Both the position numbers and the translations under genes were made by a program. This document shows, piece after piece, positions 12,165-25,690 of a DNA stretch of 64,000 bases. The DNA comes from Eledone cirrhosa (taxonomy: Eukaryota), in assembly GCA_964016885.1 (NCBI GenBank), contig OZ024746.1:86986001-87050000 (forward strand). The letters run 5' to 3'. The stretch's first letter is position 1; each line of letters begins with the position of its first letter. The notes beneath the pieces were generated by a model, which was not told where the DNA came from, did not search any database, and saw only the letters and a list, made by a program, of their open reading frames with translations.

Positions 12165-13753
12165 TACTAAGTATAATTATTAGTTTTGACTTCATGGGCA
12201 CACTTATAAGATGATATGCACATTAAAATTGGGATATACGCTATAGGTCATCGCAAACATCTAAACATATGCTTCAACTTGAAATTACAATGATCAAGTT
12301 GAAGTTAAACTCTACCGAGAACTCGAAACAGAATAAACAATTGGCGGACACATAATTTATAATTCACATTGACTAGAATGGCAAGATTCGCTCAGATGTT
12401 CACAATGCATAGAAATAATTAGCTTGTAAAAAAAAACAAAATTAAGATGAAACAAAACGACATTTTTTAAAATTTATAAAAGAACACAAACTAATTATGG
12501 AAAATACAAAAGAGCAGCGCAAACCAGCATTAACTATAACATAGCTTTAAGCGTGGGGTATCCATAATAACCAGCTCAAGTTTATTTTCCTCTCCAAAAG
12601 ATAACATTTATGTATAAATGAAATGAAAACTCGAGTGTTTCTGTGTTCAGTTATAGGAAGTGCTCAGGAAATTGTAACATATATAGTATATTATATATAT
12701 ATTCATATAGACACACACATACACACTGATTTCATTTTAAACTGTCACACATCTATTTAACATTTAACGAATTGTTCGTAGCTAAGTCTTAGATGCGAAC
12801 TGCATCGATAGACTTTCCAGATAAGGTTGAAGATCGCAAGCTGATATATTACTACTTGCACTCTGACAGATTTTAGTGGTGGAAACATCAACTTTAGGAT
12901 CATATACTTCCTTTGATCTAAATAAAGATGGTCATCCTGAAAAAGATGGCGTTTTCAGTTAATTATTCCGTAGTAATTCATTTATTATTTTGACTATAAA
13001 ATGTTTGCATGTGACTTACTTTTTTTATTGATTGATTTATTGACTTTGAAAAGAAAGAAGATTCTGAGGACCAAGACACACGCCAAAACGAACAAAAATA
13101 AGGCCCTTATAAGGTTTATTATATTATGCATGAACATGATTTCAACAAATATGTTTTTAATGTATTTACCCTTCAGTTCCATCTCCCTATATTTTACCGA
13201 TATCACTAGTTGTATGTAAATGGATAGATAACTGGTCTTTGGGATCTTCCTAAATGCAAGAGATCAGAACTTTAGAGACCAATGTATTATTAACGCATGT
13301 TAATACTAACAAACTCGTCCCTAATTTGTCTGATGCACTAATATAAATCTACAATATTTAAAAAGCATGAACATTTTGTCGTATTCACAGATGATCCTTT
13401 ACGTTCAGAAGACCAAAATAACTAAAACGTCACTCTCTAATCAGATCTTAGTGTTACCTCTCGATAGAACTCTATAAGTGGAATAATTGGCGTAATTCAG
13501 ATTACAACCAAATTATAATTGGAAACTATTGAGAGATTGGAGGCCATAATAAGTTGGTTAAGGTTTATTTAAAACTCCGTCATAAATATTATACTGAGTA
13601 CTATCAGTTATGATAGTTCGAGGTCTACATACGGCAAAGCGTATACAAACTTGACAACATTGACAGTTCCTCAATAAAATCTTAAAATCCCTTTACACAC
13701 ACACACACACATACACATACACACACACATGTATATATATATATATATATATA

Positions 13754-13806
<53 letters not shown>

Positions 13807-15307
13807 CATACATGTGTGTGTGTGTAAAATCCATGTTTGCAAAATTCATTTGTGAAAGTGTTATTTGAAATCATTTTTAAGCAGCCATGTTATAGTGTTG
13901 TACAGATGGGTCATGCTGTAACTATCTATATATCTTCGGACAATAAATATATCAACAGATATATACTGAAATAAATAATATCTACAGAGCGTATTCACAA
14001 AATACATTAAAGCAAAGGTGTCATGCCTGACTATAATACAACTTAATTCACATTTACATTATATGTTCTTGTAGTGCATGACGGTTATTTGATTCAGTTC
14101 ATAGGTATTTGTTGTATTTTTTAGCTGTTTACTCAGCTGTAGAAATGTGTTGCGACTTCCGAGGTGCAAAGCTGTGTAGAGCTTAGATTTTCCCTTGGAC
14201 AAAATGGATGGCGCGGTGAGGGGAGTCTGGTGTGCATGGGCGACAGCTGGTATTCCACAAACAACTTTGCCGCGAATTGTGCCTCAGCGGGCAACTTTCA
14301 AGGTGCAAATCCCATGGTCACTCGTGGCCGAAGGAGGTTTTTACACTTTACCCATTTATATATATACTAGAATATCATCCTTCAAAATTGACGGTGTATC
14401 TAATTAACTCCTTGATTACAACTCGCTTTGTAAAAATACTTTAATCATCGATTTTCCTTGACTATCACGATCTTGTCACTCTCTCCTCTCTATTTCAATT
14501 TGTATTCATTGCAATTACAATAATTGTATTACCAATTTTCTTTAATCATTATCAAACACATGTCGACTAAATTACTGGAATTTTGTTCTATTTACCTATC
14601 TATCTACCTACCTAACAACTAACTACCTCCCTGTCTATACATAGATCCATTTATCTATCTATCTATGTTTCTATCTACACACACTCACACACAAACACGC
14701 ACACACAACCCCCCCCCACACACACATACGCATATACCTCCCCCACCCCCTCCCACTCACATCATATATATAGCCGCGGGCGAGCATTGGAATTTCAGGT
14801 TTGCTGTTATTGTTTTTCATGCCTGAAGTCATAAACATTGGTAGACACAGATTGACATGCAGAAGACAGATAGAATGGTAGGTAGTTAAATAGAGATACA
14901 TATAAGTAGCTAAACATTCAGGTAGATAGTAAGGTAAATAAGGAGATGAAAAAATAGTGAGATATAGATAGATAGATAAATTGTTATAGATGTAGGTATG
15001 TATATAGTTAGACAAATATATAGATATCTTTCATTATTTGCCACAAGGGCATAAAAGAAATGGGACATCACAAGACGTGACGGCGGGGGTTTTACATAAA
15101 AATTGTATAAAGTTTAACATTAATAAATAACAATAAACTATATATAAAATAAAATAACAATTGAAATCCCCAACAGCGGGGAACGGTATTGTGTATTTGT
15201 TTTACACGCCCTCAAAACAACCGATATGCAAATTAGGCTGCTCAGCCGTTAATATTCATAAGGAAAGTATATACTTTCAGACGTTCAATCATCTGGCAGG
15301 AAGGTAT

Positions 15308-15350
15308 ACGGTGCTGACGATAGCTCATAAGCTTGAAACTAGTACATCGT
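15308..15350 (+). ncRNA. Minimal (43-nt) type I hammerhead ribozyme motif
   Basis: acggtg CTGACGA t-agct-cata-agct-t GAAA ctag TA catcgt. 6-bp stem I, palindromic stem III ACTAGT, GUA triplet. The closing 10.1-11.1 pair is a U-U mismatch. Confidence 0.8.
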
Positions 15351-15687
15351 TCCTTTGTCAGTGTTGAACAAAAGGGCAACGATGGTTACTAAACACTGTA
15401 CGGCTTAATTCGGGCTGTTTGTTTGTTTACAAACGCACCGAGCATATAATAAATGTTCGGTAAATCCATACGTACATATATATATGTGTGCATGTATGTA
15501 TATATATACATACTACTGTACGTCTGTATACATATATGTATGTACGTATACATGCTTATATTTAAGTAACAGCCGTACTAAGAGTGAGAAATGAAATTTC
15601 GTTTCACTTTTTCCGTTTGCCTTTCTTTCATTTTTCTTAAATTCCATGTCAGACAATGTCCCAACAAGTATCTCGTTTCCTGTTACC

Positions 15688-15880
15688 AGGGTGGTGGATT
15701 GGCTGTATCGGTAGAGGGTCGGGCGCCATGCTTTGACGCATAGAGTTACGGCCCTTGCCATTCTGAGTTCAAATCCCGCGGTGGTTATCTTTGCCTTTCA
15801 TCCTTACGGGGTCGATAAAAAAAGTACCAGTAATATACTGGTTAATTGCTGGCCTCGTGCCAAAAGTAGAAACAATTATA
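15688..15880 (+). mobile_element. SINE (dominant family), full length
   Basis: Head, B box, Meta domain and tail all present. Confidence 0.9.
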
Positions 15881-16302
15881 TACTCATCAAAGGTCAGCTA
15901 ATGAAATAAAACCAGCAGGAGAGTAGGTTTACGACCACCTTCTCAAACACCCTTATCTTACAACCCCACTATTTTCTGAGTTTATATATATGTATGTGTG
16001 TATGTGTGTGTGTGCGCGCGCTCGTGTATGTGTATGTATATATACTTTAATTCCTCTGGACCTTCATCATCATCAAAACTCATTAACACCTCACGCCAGA
16101 CACATCCAAATCTCTCTTATATATAGTCACACATTTTAACACAACCTGATCTCAGTTGACAATCGCCACAAACAGACAAATGCGAGAAAGTTCTCCAACC
16201 CAAATTAACCAGGAACCTCTAAAATTCTTCCCACCGAAGTTAACAAAAAACTTACTGGATCTACCAACTCATAATATTATAATATTATATTAGAACATTA
16301 AA

Positions 16303-16505
16303 TGAGGCGGATTGGAGGTGGATTGGCAGTATCGGTAGAGGGTCGGACGCCATGCTTTGACGTATAGAGTTACGGCGCTTGCCATTATGAGTTCAAATCT
16401 CGCCGAGGTTAACTTTTGCCTTTCATCCTTAGGGCGTCTATAAAATAAAGTACCAGTAACGCACTGGGTTATTGCTGGCCTTGTGCCAAAAGTAGAACAA
16501 TTATA
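16303..16505 (+). mobile_element. SINE (dominant family) with TSD ttatatta(g/t)aacattaaat
   Basis: Full-length copy with duplicated head ggcggattgg-aggtggattgg; TSD on both sides. Confidence 0.9.
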
Positions 16506-16605
16506 TTATAACATTAAATCATAAAATGTTTTAACACTACAAGTGAAGTCATTCTTTTCCTTTTTTCAAATATACCTAACCGTACCAAGGATCTTACACA
16601 TTTTC

Positions 16606-16645
<40 letters not shown>

Positions 16646-17307
16646 GTGTGTTTGTGTGTGTGTGTTAGTGTATATATGTATATAAGAAATATTCCCGTGT
16701 GCAGGCACAAACTATTTACAACGTAAATATAAAACACATATATAATATTTTTGAATAATTCCTAATCAATGATAACTCTTTATGATTGATACACGCTATC
16801 GAACCCCAGGGAAGTGTAAATGATGTTGTCCCCTTCACAGCCGTGGAATATGTCGTAAATTAATTCGCAATATTTCTAAAATGGAAGAATTATTTGTGCA
16901 TTTCCACTCCGTTCCGCCTACACATCTACACACTAAAGGCTATTAAATTATCAATGTGTATATATTTATGTTAAGGAATTAATGTGCCTCAAAATGTCAA
17001 TATATATTGCACGTAATTATACACTTATACACACGCGCAAAACTAATATAGACACGTACAAAATATATGAATCCATTCCTAACTTCACAAATGGTTATGT
17101 ATTATTCATATATTCTGATTCATAGGCTTTTTTATCAAAATGCTTACATGCACGTACACGCGCACACACGCAAAAACACATACACACACATACAAACACA
17201 CACGCACACACACACACCACTCACACATATATATATTCATATATATTATGTATACATGTATATATACATAAACACACACACACTATATATATTTAGTGTA
17301 AACACAC

Positions 17308-17354
<47 letters not shown>

Positions 17355-18199
17355 GCAAGTGCCATTTCACACAACTAATTGCTGCAAAACTTCGTAATAG
17401 CTTAATTCTTTACTTGAGAAATTATCTTCTAATCTTTTAAAAATGTATATATAAGTAAGCTGAGTAGTAAGATTATTAAGTTACAACACACTGAATGTAT
17501 TTCTTTCCTGCAAATCCCTCCAAAGACTAAATTGCTTAAGTAGTTAGGATTCGTGATAAGAAAGATTACCAAGTTTCTTCCGTTTTTCACTTTTCCCAAA
17601 TGTCAAACTTACGAATTTCAGCGCACCGTAGTTATAGCGTGCCTCTAAAAATGCATTTCATTAATTGCTCCTTCAAGTCTTATATTAAAAATATCATTAG
17701 CAAAGATATGCCCGCGAAAAGCCAGTGGAACTTTAGAATATAAAATTGGTAATTTTTCTACATGAAATTATATATAAAACTCTTTGGTGAATTTTATAGT
17801 AATTGATTTCCATTTACTCCGTTTATTAAAGAAGATGGGGTTTTATGACCGCTAGGTTATTTCGAAGGAGTTATCTTAAAAGAAGTAACATTACCATTAG
17901 TTGCAGCATCTATAATTCGTTTTCAACACATCTATAATTATAGTCAGACGGTTGTGTAGAGTATGTAAATAGGTAACGATATTGCATATATTAACTGAAG
18001 GAATATTGATTTCTGTCATCGCTAAAATGTCTTAGATTTATAGCAGGAGGTAGCAAAATGAGATTCATGACTTTTTGAAAATTATCAGGAGAAAACATTG
18101 ACAGTACCTTAAACGAAAAACCTATAAATACTTACATGAAAAATCCTATCACATGTTCGGGTTATACCTATTCTACTTCGGTCACAATTTATATTAAGT

Positions 18200-18900
18200 A
18201 ATAACATAATTTTAACAAGTCTCTGTGACTTAAGGTAAAGCAAATCAAGAAAGGTCTTGAACAGGGATGATACCGCACACTTCAGTACGAAACAACCTGA
18301 TGACACTGGATCACTGTCACTTCACCCCTTCTAACTAAACGTAGCACAAGGAGGTGTCAGGCACACAAAATACCGAAAAGACAGCTTGTTTGGACACTCG
18401 GAAACACACCTTCGTCTCCGTGCGAAAACTTGATACGTACTGAATAAACTCGCACGTATCAGAAATAAATCGTCCAAGGATGAGAACTAGGCCCTCCATA
18501 TAACAGAATTTTAGAGGTGCTAGAAGCCAACGTATATCCACCATCCATCGCTAGGCATCTTCATAACTCAAAGACCCTGATACAGAAGAACTCTTCCAGC
18601 ACCTGTTTCCTAAAATTGCCACACATCAACGACAAGATAACCATGACTATCTGTTGGACAATCTGTAGGTCCAAAAAGGGATTGGATATGCAGTTAGCTA
18701 TAGGGGAGTAGTGGTCTATCCACGTAGTAAAATCTTAATTTTACTTGGAAGAATCTTGGGTTCTGACTGTTTGGTGTTTAGTACGAATGAATCCCGAGTG
18801 TTCACTAGGCAGACACTCTAGTGTTACCGGACACAAAGTCACTTGCAGCAATGCATACTGGAACACATGCTGTAAACTAATAAATGGAAAATCAAGGCAT
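18200..18900 (+). pseudogene. Decayed Penelope-like element ORF (RT C-terminal/thumb region to start of the endonuclease)
   Basis: Translates to KQPDDTGSLSL (PLE E..GSL.FLD-like) and LEANVYPPSIA...FLKLPHINDKI (NGYP...LPY motif). A later frameshifted Cys-rich C..C segment follows. Confidence 0.5.
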
Positions 18901-20054
18901 AGAATTAATTAGCATCATACACTCACTCCCAGATCAATCCCGGCTCATTTCAATTCATGTTTCAAGTAACGATGATTATGCTACGAAGATAGAGTAAGGC
19001 TGACGACATTGCACAATTTGCACTCAATACAATCAAAGCCAAGCACGAGTAATGACCCATTCTTCTCTGCCCACAACCTCTCACCATTCCTCTTATCTCC
19101 AGTAATCGTCACAAAGGCCAGCCTGGAGGAAAGGTGTGGAGACGTCGTATGTGTGGCTCCACTGGTAGTCTTGGCATCGCCGCTGCACGCTAGCCAACGG
19201 AAGTGAGATGGTTGTTTTCACTTTGACGAAGCAACAGGAGAGTGTTAGTCCTGGCTATGTGATGGAACACCCTAGTTAAGATGCACTGCTCTCGCTAAGA
19301 AGGAAATAGGTCTAGAAATGTCCCGGCTGGCTATCTGTGATCAAGATGGTAGAAACAAAGTAGATAGTGCAGTAGAAGTCGAAGTGTCTGATGAAGTTAT
19401 ATCTGTATAAATACAGAGTGTGTAACTGAGACTGCACCAATTGTATAAATATAAATACATATTTAAAATGAGGCATGTAAACATGCTAGAAACTTAGAAT
19501 GTCCCCTTTAAATTGAAAAACGAATGATAAACATATTTCATATATTTTCGGATCTTATTGAAACCATATCAGAAGACGTGTATATCATCTAATCAACCAC
19601 AAAGTAACATGTATTAGTTGGGTGTTTATGCCCAATCGCTCTTCGTATTATTTTGTAATTTACTAATTTGTATATAATTATCTCTTGTGTTAATTAATTT
19701 TGATACATAGTAAGAAATTCGCTGGCAGTCGAGGTGTGTGATGAAGCTATATCGGTATAAGTACATAGTGAGAAACAGAAGCACATAAACTATATCAAAT
19801 ACTGTGGTGATATGAGTATTGAGCTTGACAGGAACAGTATAAGAATCATAAAATATTGTGCAGTTTTGCAAATCTTACTTTATCTCCAGGGGTGGGGGGG
19901 TCCTCGTGTCGAATTGGCATCGTGGTTGAAGGGGTTGAATCACCTACAGAGTAATTTCACCCCATAAGATATCAGCTCCTGTATTCGGAGACGTTGTTCA
20001 TCAGCACTTTCACAATATCAGTGTGTTTAACACGTAATATATATATAAAAGCAT

Positions 20055-20365
20055 AGGCGCGTGGTTTAGTGGATAGAGTATTCAGCTCACAATCGTAAGG
20101 TCTTGAGTTCGATTCACGGCTGTGTATTGTGTCCTTGAGCAAGACTTTTTGTTTCACATTGCTTCATTACACACAGCTGAGAAAATGAGCTATACCTGCA
20201 CTTCTGAAAGCTAGTCTTGTCACATTACGTCTGACGCTGAATCTCTTTAAGATGTACGCGAGTCTGTGCAATGCTCGACTATATGCAGATTAATTTCACG
20301 AGAAAAAATTTCCGCTGATCGAATTAAATGGAATACGCGGCGTCGTAACCGACGGTGTGCCAGTT
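20055..20365 (+). mobile_element. Second tRNA-derived SINE family
   Basis: A box tggtttagtgg, B box gagttcgattc, central gtgtccttgagcaagac motif shared by many metazoan SINE cores. Confidence 0.75.
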
Positions 20366-20615
20366 TTACATATATAACAAGTATCAAATATTGCAATTAA
20401 TTGTTGGATTGAGAGATAAGCGAGGAAGGTGAGAGGCGTAAGTTAATCATAGGTTATTCCAATATTTAATAATTTCAACATAGGCTATTCAAGCATTAGA
20501 TAATTTTTGTATATTTAATCTATAGGGTTTGTTTTGAAATGCCTACGTTTGTAACCAGAAAAAAGTATTATTGTTTGTATAATCCAATATATTATTTTAT
20601 GTAAATTTATTACAA

Positions 20616-20709
<94 letters not shown>

Positions 20710-20712
<3 letters not shown>

Positions 20713-20915
20713 ATTAGTATTGGTGCTCTGCAATAAGGATGTCTACATGAATATATGTATAGTATATTTGGCAATATACCGTATGTTTAATTAAAAAATA
20801 TTTAGAAGACCATACGCTATGAGTTTTAAAGTAGTGTCTATATCACTTCTTTTCGGCGAAAGTAGGGAGAGAAGGTGAGAGTCTGTTTCACGCTGGCTGG
20901 CGTTCATCAGAGCCA
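20710..20915 (-). mobile_element. PLE-like terminal fragment (family C) with HHR core
   Basis: Minus CTGATGA acgc-cagcca-gcgt GAAA at 20886-20910 (stems I and III not supported). The tail is homologous to the palindrome at 38262-38508 and abuts (TA)n. Confidence 0.55.
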
Positions 20916-21149
20916 CGTACACCCCTGCTTCCGCCGAAAATTATAGAAGCAGGAATCTTATAGAATTTCAGTAATAATCAGGAGCTGATTATATAGAGTA
21001 ATTGGCGGTCCAGCAACAATTAGGTATTAGGATTGGTGCTCTGAAATAGCAATACTGGAATTCCATAAGAATCCAGCTTCTATAATCTCTAATAATTCTC
21101 TAGCCTAATTGAATTCGTTGAATAATCAACGAACCATACAAACGTTTGG

Positions 21150-21246
21150 TTATATATATATATATGTGTGTGTGTATATATATATATGTATAAATATATA
21201 TTATATATAAATATTTGTATATATATATATTATATATAAATATATG

Positions 21247-21292
<46 letters not shown>

Positions 21293-21300
21293 AATATATG

Positions 21301-21354
<54 letters not shown>

Positions 21355-21370
21355 TATATATACATATATG

Positions 21371-21409
<39 letters not shown>

Positions 21410-21454
21410 TATATATACATATATGTATATATATATATTATATATAAATATATG

Positions 21455-21502
<48 letters not shown>

Positions 21503-21560
21503 TATATATACATATATGTATATATATATATTATATATAAATATATGTGTATATATATAT
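21150..21560. repeat. Long interrupted (TA)n tract with higher-order units
   Basis: Directly visible; similar tracts at 22915-23720, 39640-40375 and 63405-64000. Confidence 0.95.
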
Positions 21561-21822
21561 AGGAAAAAGTATGACACCGACGACAGAGCTCAAGCTGTTT
21601 CGACGGCTATTTCTGAAGTCAGAAATAGCCGCCGAAACGGCTTGAGCTCTGCCGTCGGTGTCATACTTTTTCCTATATATAATATACACATATATTTATA
21701 TATTATATATAATATAATCTGGTTACAAACGTAGGCATTTTCCTATTTCCCACTGTACTACCCTAAGTATTGAGTACTCCGGTGCGTTATGGTCCATCTG
21801 GTTCCTTACCACAATTCCTTTG

Positions 21823-21825
<3 letters not shown>
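21561..21825 (+). mobile_element. Family B PLE-like end forming a near-perfect 114-bp palindrome (21561-21674) plus tail
   Basis: Axis ttctga-ag-tcagaa (21617-18); right arm gccgcc GAAA cggc-ttgagctct-gccg TC ggtgtcatac; flanked by (TA)n. Confidence 0.8.
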
Positions 21826-21863
<38 letters not shown>

Positions 21864-21962
21864 TAATACAACTATAAATATGGAGTGTAGTACTAAATAC
21901 TAGCCGGTTACCGGTATGACAAAAGGCTCAATACAAATTTCCAAGTGTTTTACAGAGCCGAG

Positions 21963-22913
21963 ATACAAAGCGTTAAATCGATCAAATTTTAGTTTAGAAC
22001 ATTTATTTGCTGACAATTCTTTGTTCCAGGGGGAAGTCTGGAATCATTGGAGCATAAGGAATGTCGAAACATGCGACAAAAATCCTAGTCATTTAGAACA
22101 TTTAGGGTACATAATTGTTGTTAGTGTGATAGGCATTATCCTAAATTTTAAAGCAACCTAACTGCTTACCAACAACTTAATATCGGTTAATACAAACCCT
22201 AGAAAAGATAATTTGTAGATAAAAAATGCAATATATACCTACAATTACAACATGGTCAGTAATTCGGTGGAATTTACATTTAACAAACAAACATATATTG
22301 ACTATAAACGACTCAAAATAATGCCATGGTTAATATCTGTGAGTTACAAACAACATATACACATACATACGAACTACAACAGAAAAGCACTTGAATGAAC
22401 ATCACCTATCCAACTCTATCACTTTGCATTAGACCTCAAATAACAAATACCTGCATTATCACCACATGCCTCTCTAACAAATTGCACACTATCTTAAACA
22501 TTTCTACCAATGATAACATGCTTTAACACCCCACACAAAATATGTTTATTTCAAATGCATTATAACTCTTTCCTCATACATGCCTTATTGACTGTATTGA
22601 CTCCTGCATTGTACACCACTTTTCCTTGCTTATAACGTTTTTGCCTGTACTTTTTGCTTATACCTATTACACTCCCACCAGTGCTGCCTGTAATTGTGTT
22701 CTCTCAAGCATAGCCTCTTTTCAACTCCTGACTCTCCACATGATGCCTTTGACACTAACAACAGTTATGTACCATAAGTGTGCTGAATGACTAGGATTTT
22801 AGTCACATGTTTCGACATTTCCTATGCTCCGATGAGACCAGACTTCCCTCTGGAAGAAACAATTGTCTGCAAATAAATGTTCTAAACTAAAATTTGATCG
22901 TTTTAACACTTTG

Positions 22914-22917
<4 letters not shown>
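21963..22917 (+). mobile_element. PLE-like 3' fragment bounded by ~140-bp inverted repeats (21963-22100 and 22780-22917), each with a degenerate HHR
   Basis: The two arms give the consensus tgct CCGATGA ttccaga-cttccc-tctggaa GAAA caattg TC agca (22825-22871 +; 22008-22054 -). Ends at (TA)n. Confidence 0.7.
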
Positions 22918-22944
<27 letters not shown>

Positions 22945-23302
22945 TATATCTAAATATGTGTATATATATATTATATATACATATATGTATATATATATAT
23001 TATATATAAATATATGTATATATATATATATATATTATATATACATATATGTATATATATATATTATATATAAATATATGTATATATATATATATATTAT
23101 ATACATATATGTATATATATATATTATATATAAATATATGTATATATATATATATTATATATACATATACGTATATATATATTATATATAAATATTTCTA
23201 TATATATATCATATCTAAATATATGTATATATATATATATTATATCTAAACATACGTATATATATATTATATATAAATATATGTATATATATATCATATC
23301 TA

Positions 23303-23369
<67 letters not shown>

Positions 23370-23462
23370 AGATCTAAATATATGCATATATATATTATAT
23401 ATATATTATATCTAAATATATGCATATATATATTATATATAAATATATCCATATATATATAC

Positions 23463-23513
<51 letters not shown>

Positions 23514-23689
23514 CATATATACATATATATATCATATTTATATATATAAATATATATATATAATATAAATATATGCATATATATATATATCATATATACA
23601 TATATATATATATATTATATTTTTATAAATATATATGTATATATATAAATGTATGTGTGTCCATGTGTGTGTGATCTACACCGCCTGCA

Positions 23690-23724
<35 letters not shown>

Positions 23725-24082
23725 CTGCTTTCCTGAATTGTGATTTTTATTTCGTATGAATTCTTTTCTAATTATAGGTGTATTATTTTGAAAGCACCAC
23801 AAAACAATTGCATACAAAGGAACGCCCTTTTCTACATCGTAATAATATGTTCGGCTGCATTGTTGTCATATCGTTTGTGATCATTTATTTGGCAATTGAT
23901 TCTTGTTAACATTTTACTGCTTCCTTTAGAAGCTACCACACACAAAAAACACATTTATATATATATACATATATATGTATGTGCGTGTGTGTGTATTTAT
24001 ATATGTATATCAATATACATATACATATATATATATATATTGATATACATATATAAATACACACACACGCACATACACACAC

Positions 24083-24123
<41 letters not shown>

Positions 24124-24313
24124 TGTCAGTGTCTGTGTGTGTATGTGAGCGTGCATATTTATATAAATATATTTTTTCTTTTATCATTTCCCTTTTGAAT
24201 ACTACAAACAGCAGCCAACTTTTCAACGTAAAAAAGCAGTTCTAGAGTGAGTTGACTAATTTGCGATTCCTCCTCTGGACCACATTTCAATGCATATAAA
24301 ACAGGTTTATATC

Positions 24314-24375
<62 letters not shown>

Positions 24376-24377
<2 letters not shown>

Positions 24378-25690
24378 CAAAATAAAAATCCAAAGGCATG
24401 GTATAAATTTCCAATCATTTTAATCACGACACATGTTTCAATAAGAGATAGATCAATCGGGTAGCCATGATCGATTATCACTGATCTCGTCAGGTGAAAA
24501 TGAATTGTCTTCAAATTGTTGATATGAGGGAGAAAATTAACGATGATCACTCACAGAGTTTAGTCCCTCATATGAAGATCAAGCAGTCAAAACACGGCGA
24601 CTGCTATCGTCTTCAGTTAGGGTAATAAAACTATCAAGTCTCTATCCCTCAATAGCTGTAAAAGACACTGGACATCAGTCAAATCTGTAGAATTACAGTC
24701 GGTCACAGTTAATGTGAGTTGGTACATACACACTCACACACACCGACGCGAGGTCAAAGAAAAATATAAGTATATTAACATACCAACATACCACCAAAGT
24801 TAGTTTACAAAACAACAAGTGTTAAATCACAATTTGCCGATGTAAATTGGAAAAATTGGGTCTACCGCACCCTATATACACGCAAGTAAGTTCAGTTCAA
24901 TGTTCTGCTATACGTGTCTAGATTGAATTGTAATTTCGTATCTCCAAATAGTGTATGTTTTGGTATATACACACCCTTGTCCAAAAAAGTGTATGTTTTG
25001 GTATATACACATCCGTGTGAAGAGCAAGTAATCAGCTCATATCGAACTCAGTATGTGCCATTGTCCCATTGAGCATCTGAGTCCCCAAAAGTGTGGGTGC
25101 AAGCAACCGCCATGTAGGCCACCAAGGGGCTCTGTGTAGGGTTGGGTATTTGGGTTAAGGTGTCAGTATGTGCGTTTTCCCGTCAAATGGGCCCTTGGGC
25201 TTTTAAGCTGTGTGTTTGAGTGGTGGAGGTGTGTTATCCAACACAAAAATAAAAATAAAATAAAATAAAATAACAAAGAATAGCAAAACCCAGAGGATGT
25301 GTGTAGGCCCATTACCAATCTGTAACCGTCAGCATTCCATGGTTGGATGATCAAGGATCAAAACCTAGTGTAGTGTACAATCGATAGGAACGTGATCAAT
25401 CATAACTGTGGGAACACCGTGTCTAAAGAAACCGGGTACTGTGTGTGGAGTTATGAATCGAGAGTGCAATCGGTCTTAACTGAGTGTGTAATACGTCTAG
25501 CTATATCCTAACCGAGAGAACTCAATGGTTAGGGTATCCTAAAGTAATGGTGAATGCGCGAAATCGGTCTTCCTGTTTACTCACAGAGTTTAATCCATCA
25601 TATGAAGATCAAGCAGACAAAACACGGCGACTGCTAGCATCTTCAGTTAGGGTCATAAAACTATCAAGTCTCTATCTCCCAATTGCTGTA
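24376..25690 (-). mobile_element. ~1.3-kb apparently non-coding PLE/retrozyme-like element with a 110-bp direct repeat and 3' HHR
   Basis: 24549-24660 is repeated at 25579-25690; HHR at 24424-24497; 3' tail abuts (TA)n at 24320-24375. Confidence 0.55.
24424..24497 (-). ncRNA. Type I hammerhead ribozyme motif, complete core
   Basis: Minus: tcac CTGACGA gatcagtgata...tatctcttatt GAAA catgtg TC gtga. Stem III ACATGTGT is self-complementary with GU pairs; GUC triplet. Confidence 0.8.

Noticed and set aside
19950-20010. Minus-strand CTGATGA...GAAA
   Set aside because: Stems I, II and III do not pair convincingly
20055-20125. tRNA gene
   Set aside because: A and B boxes are present but there is no full cloverleaf, and it continues into a SINE body
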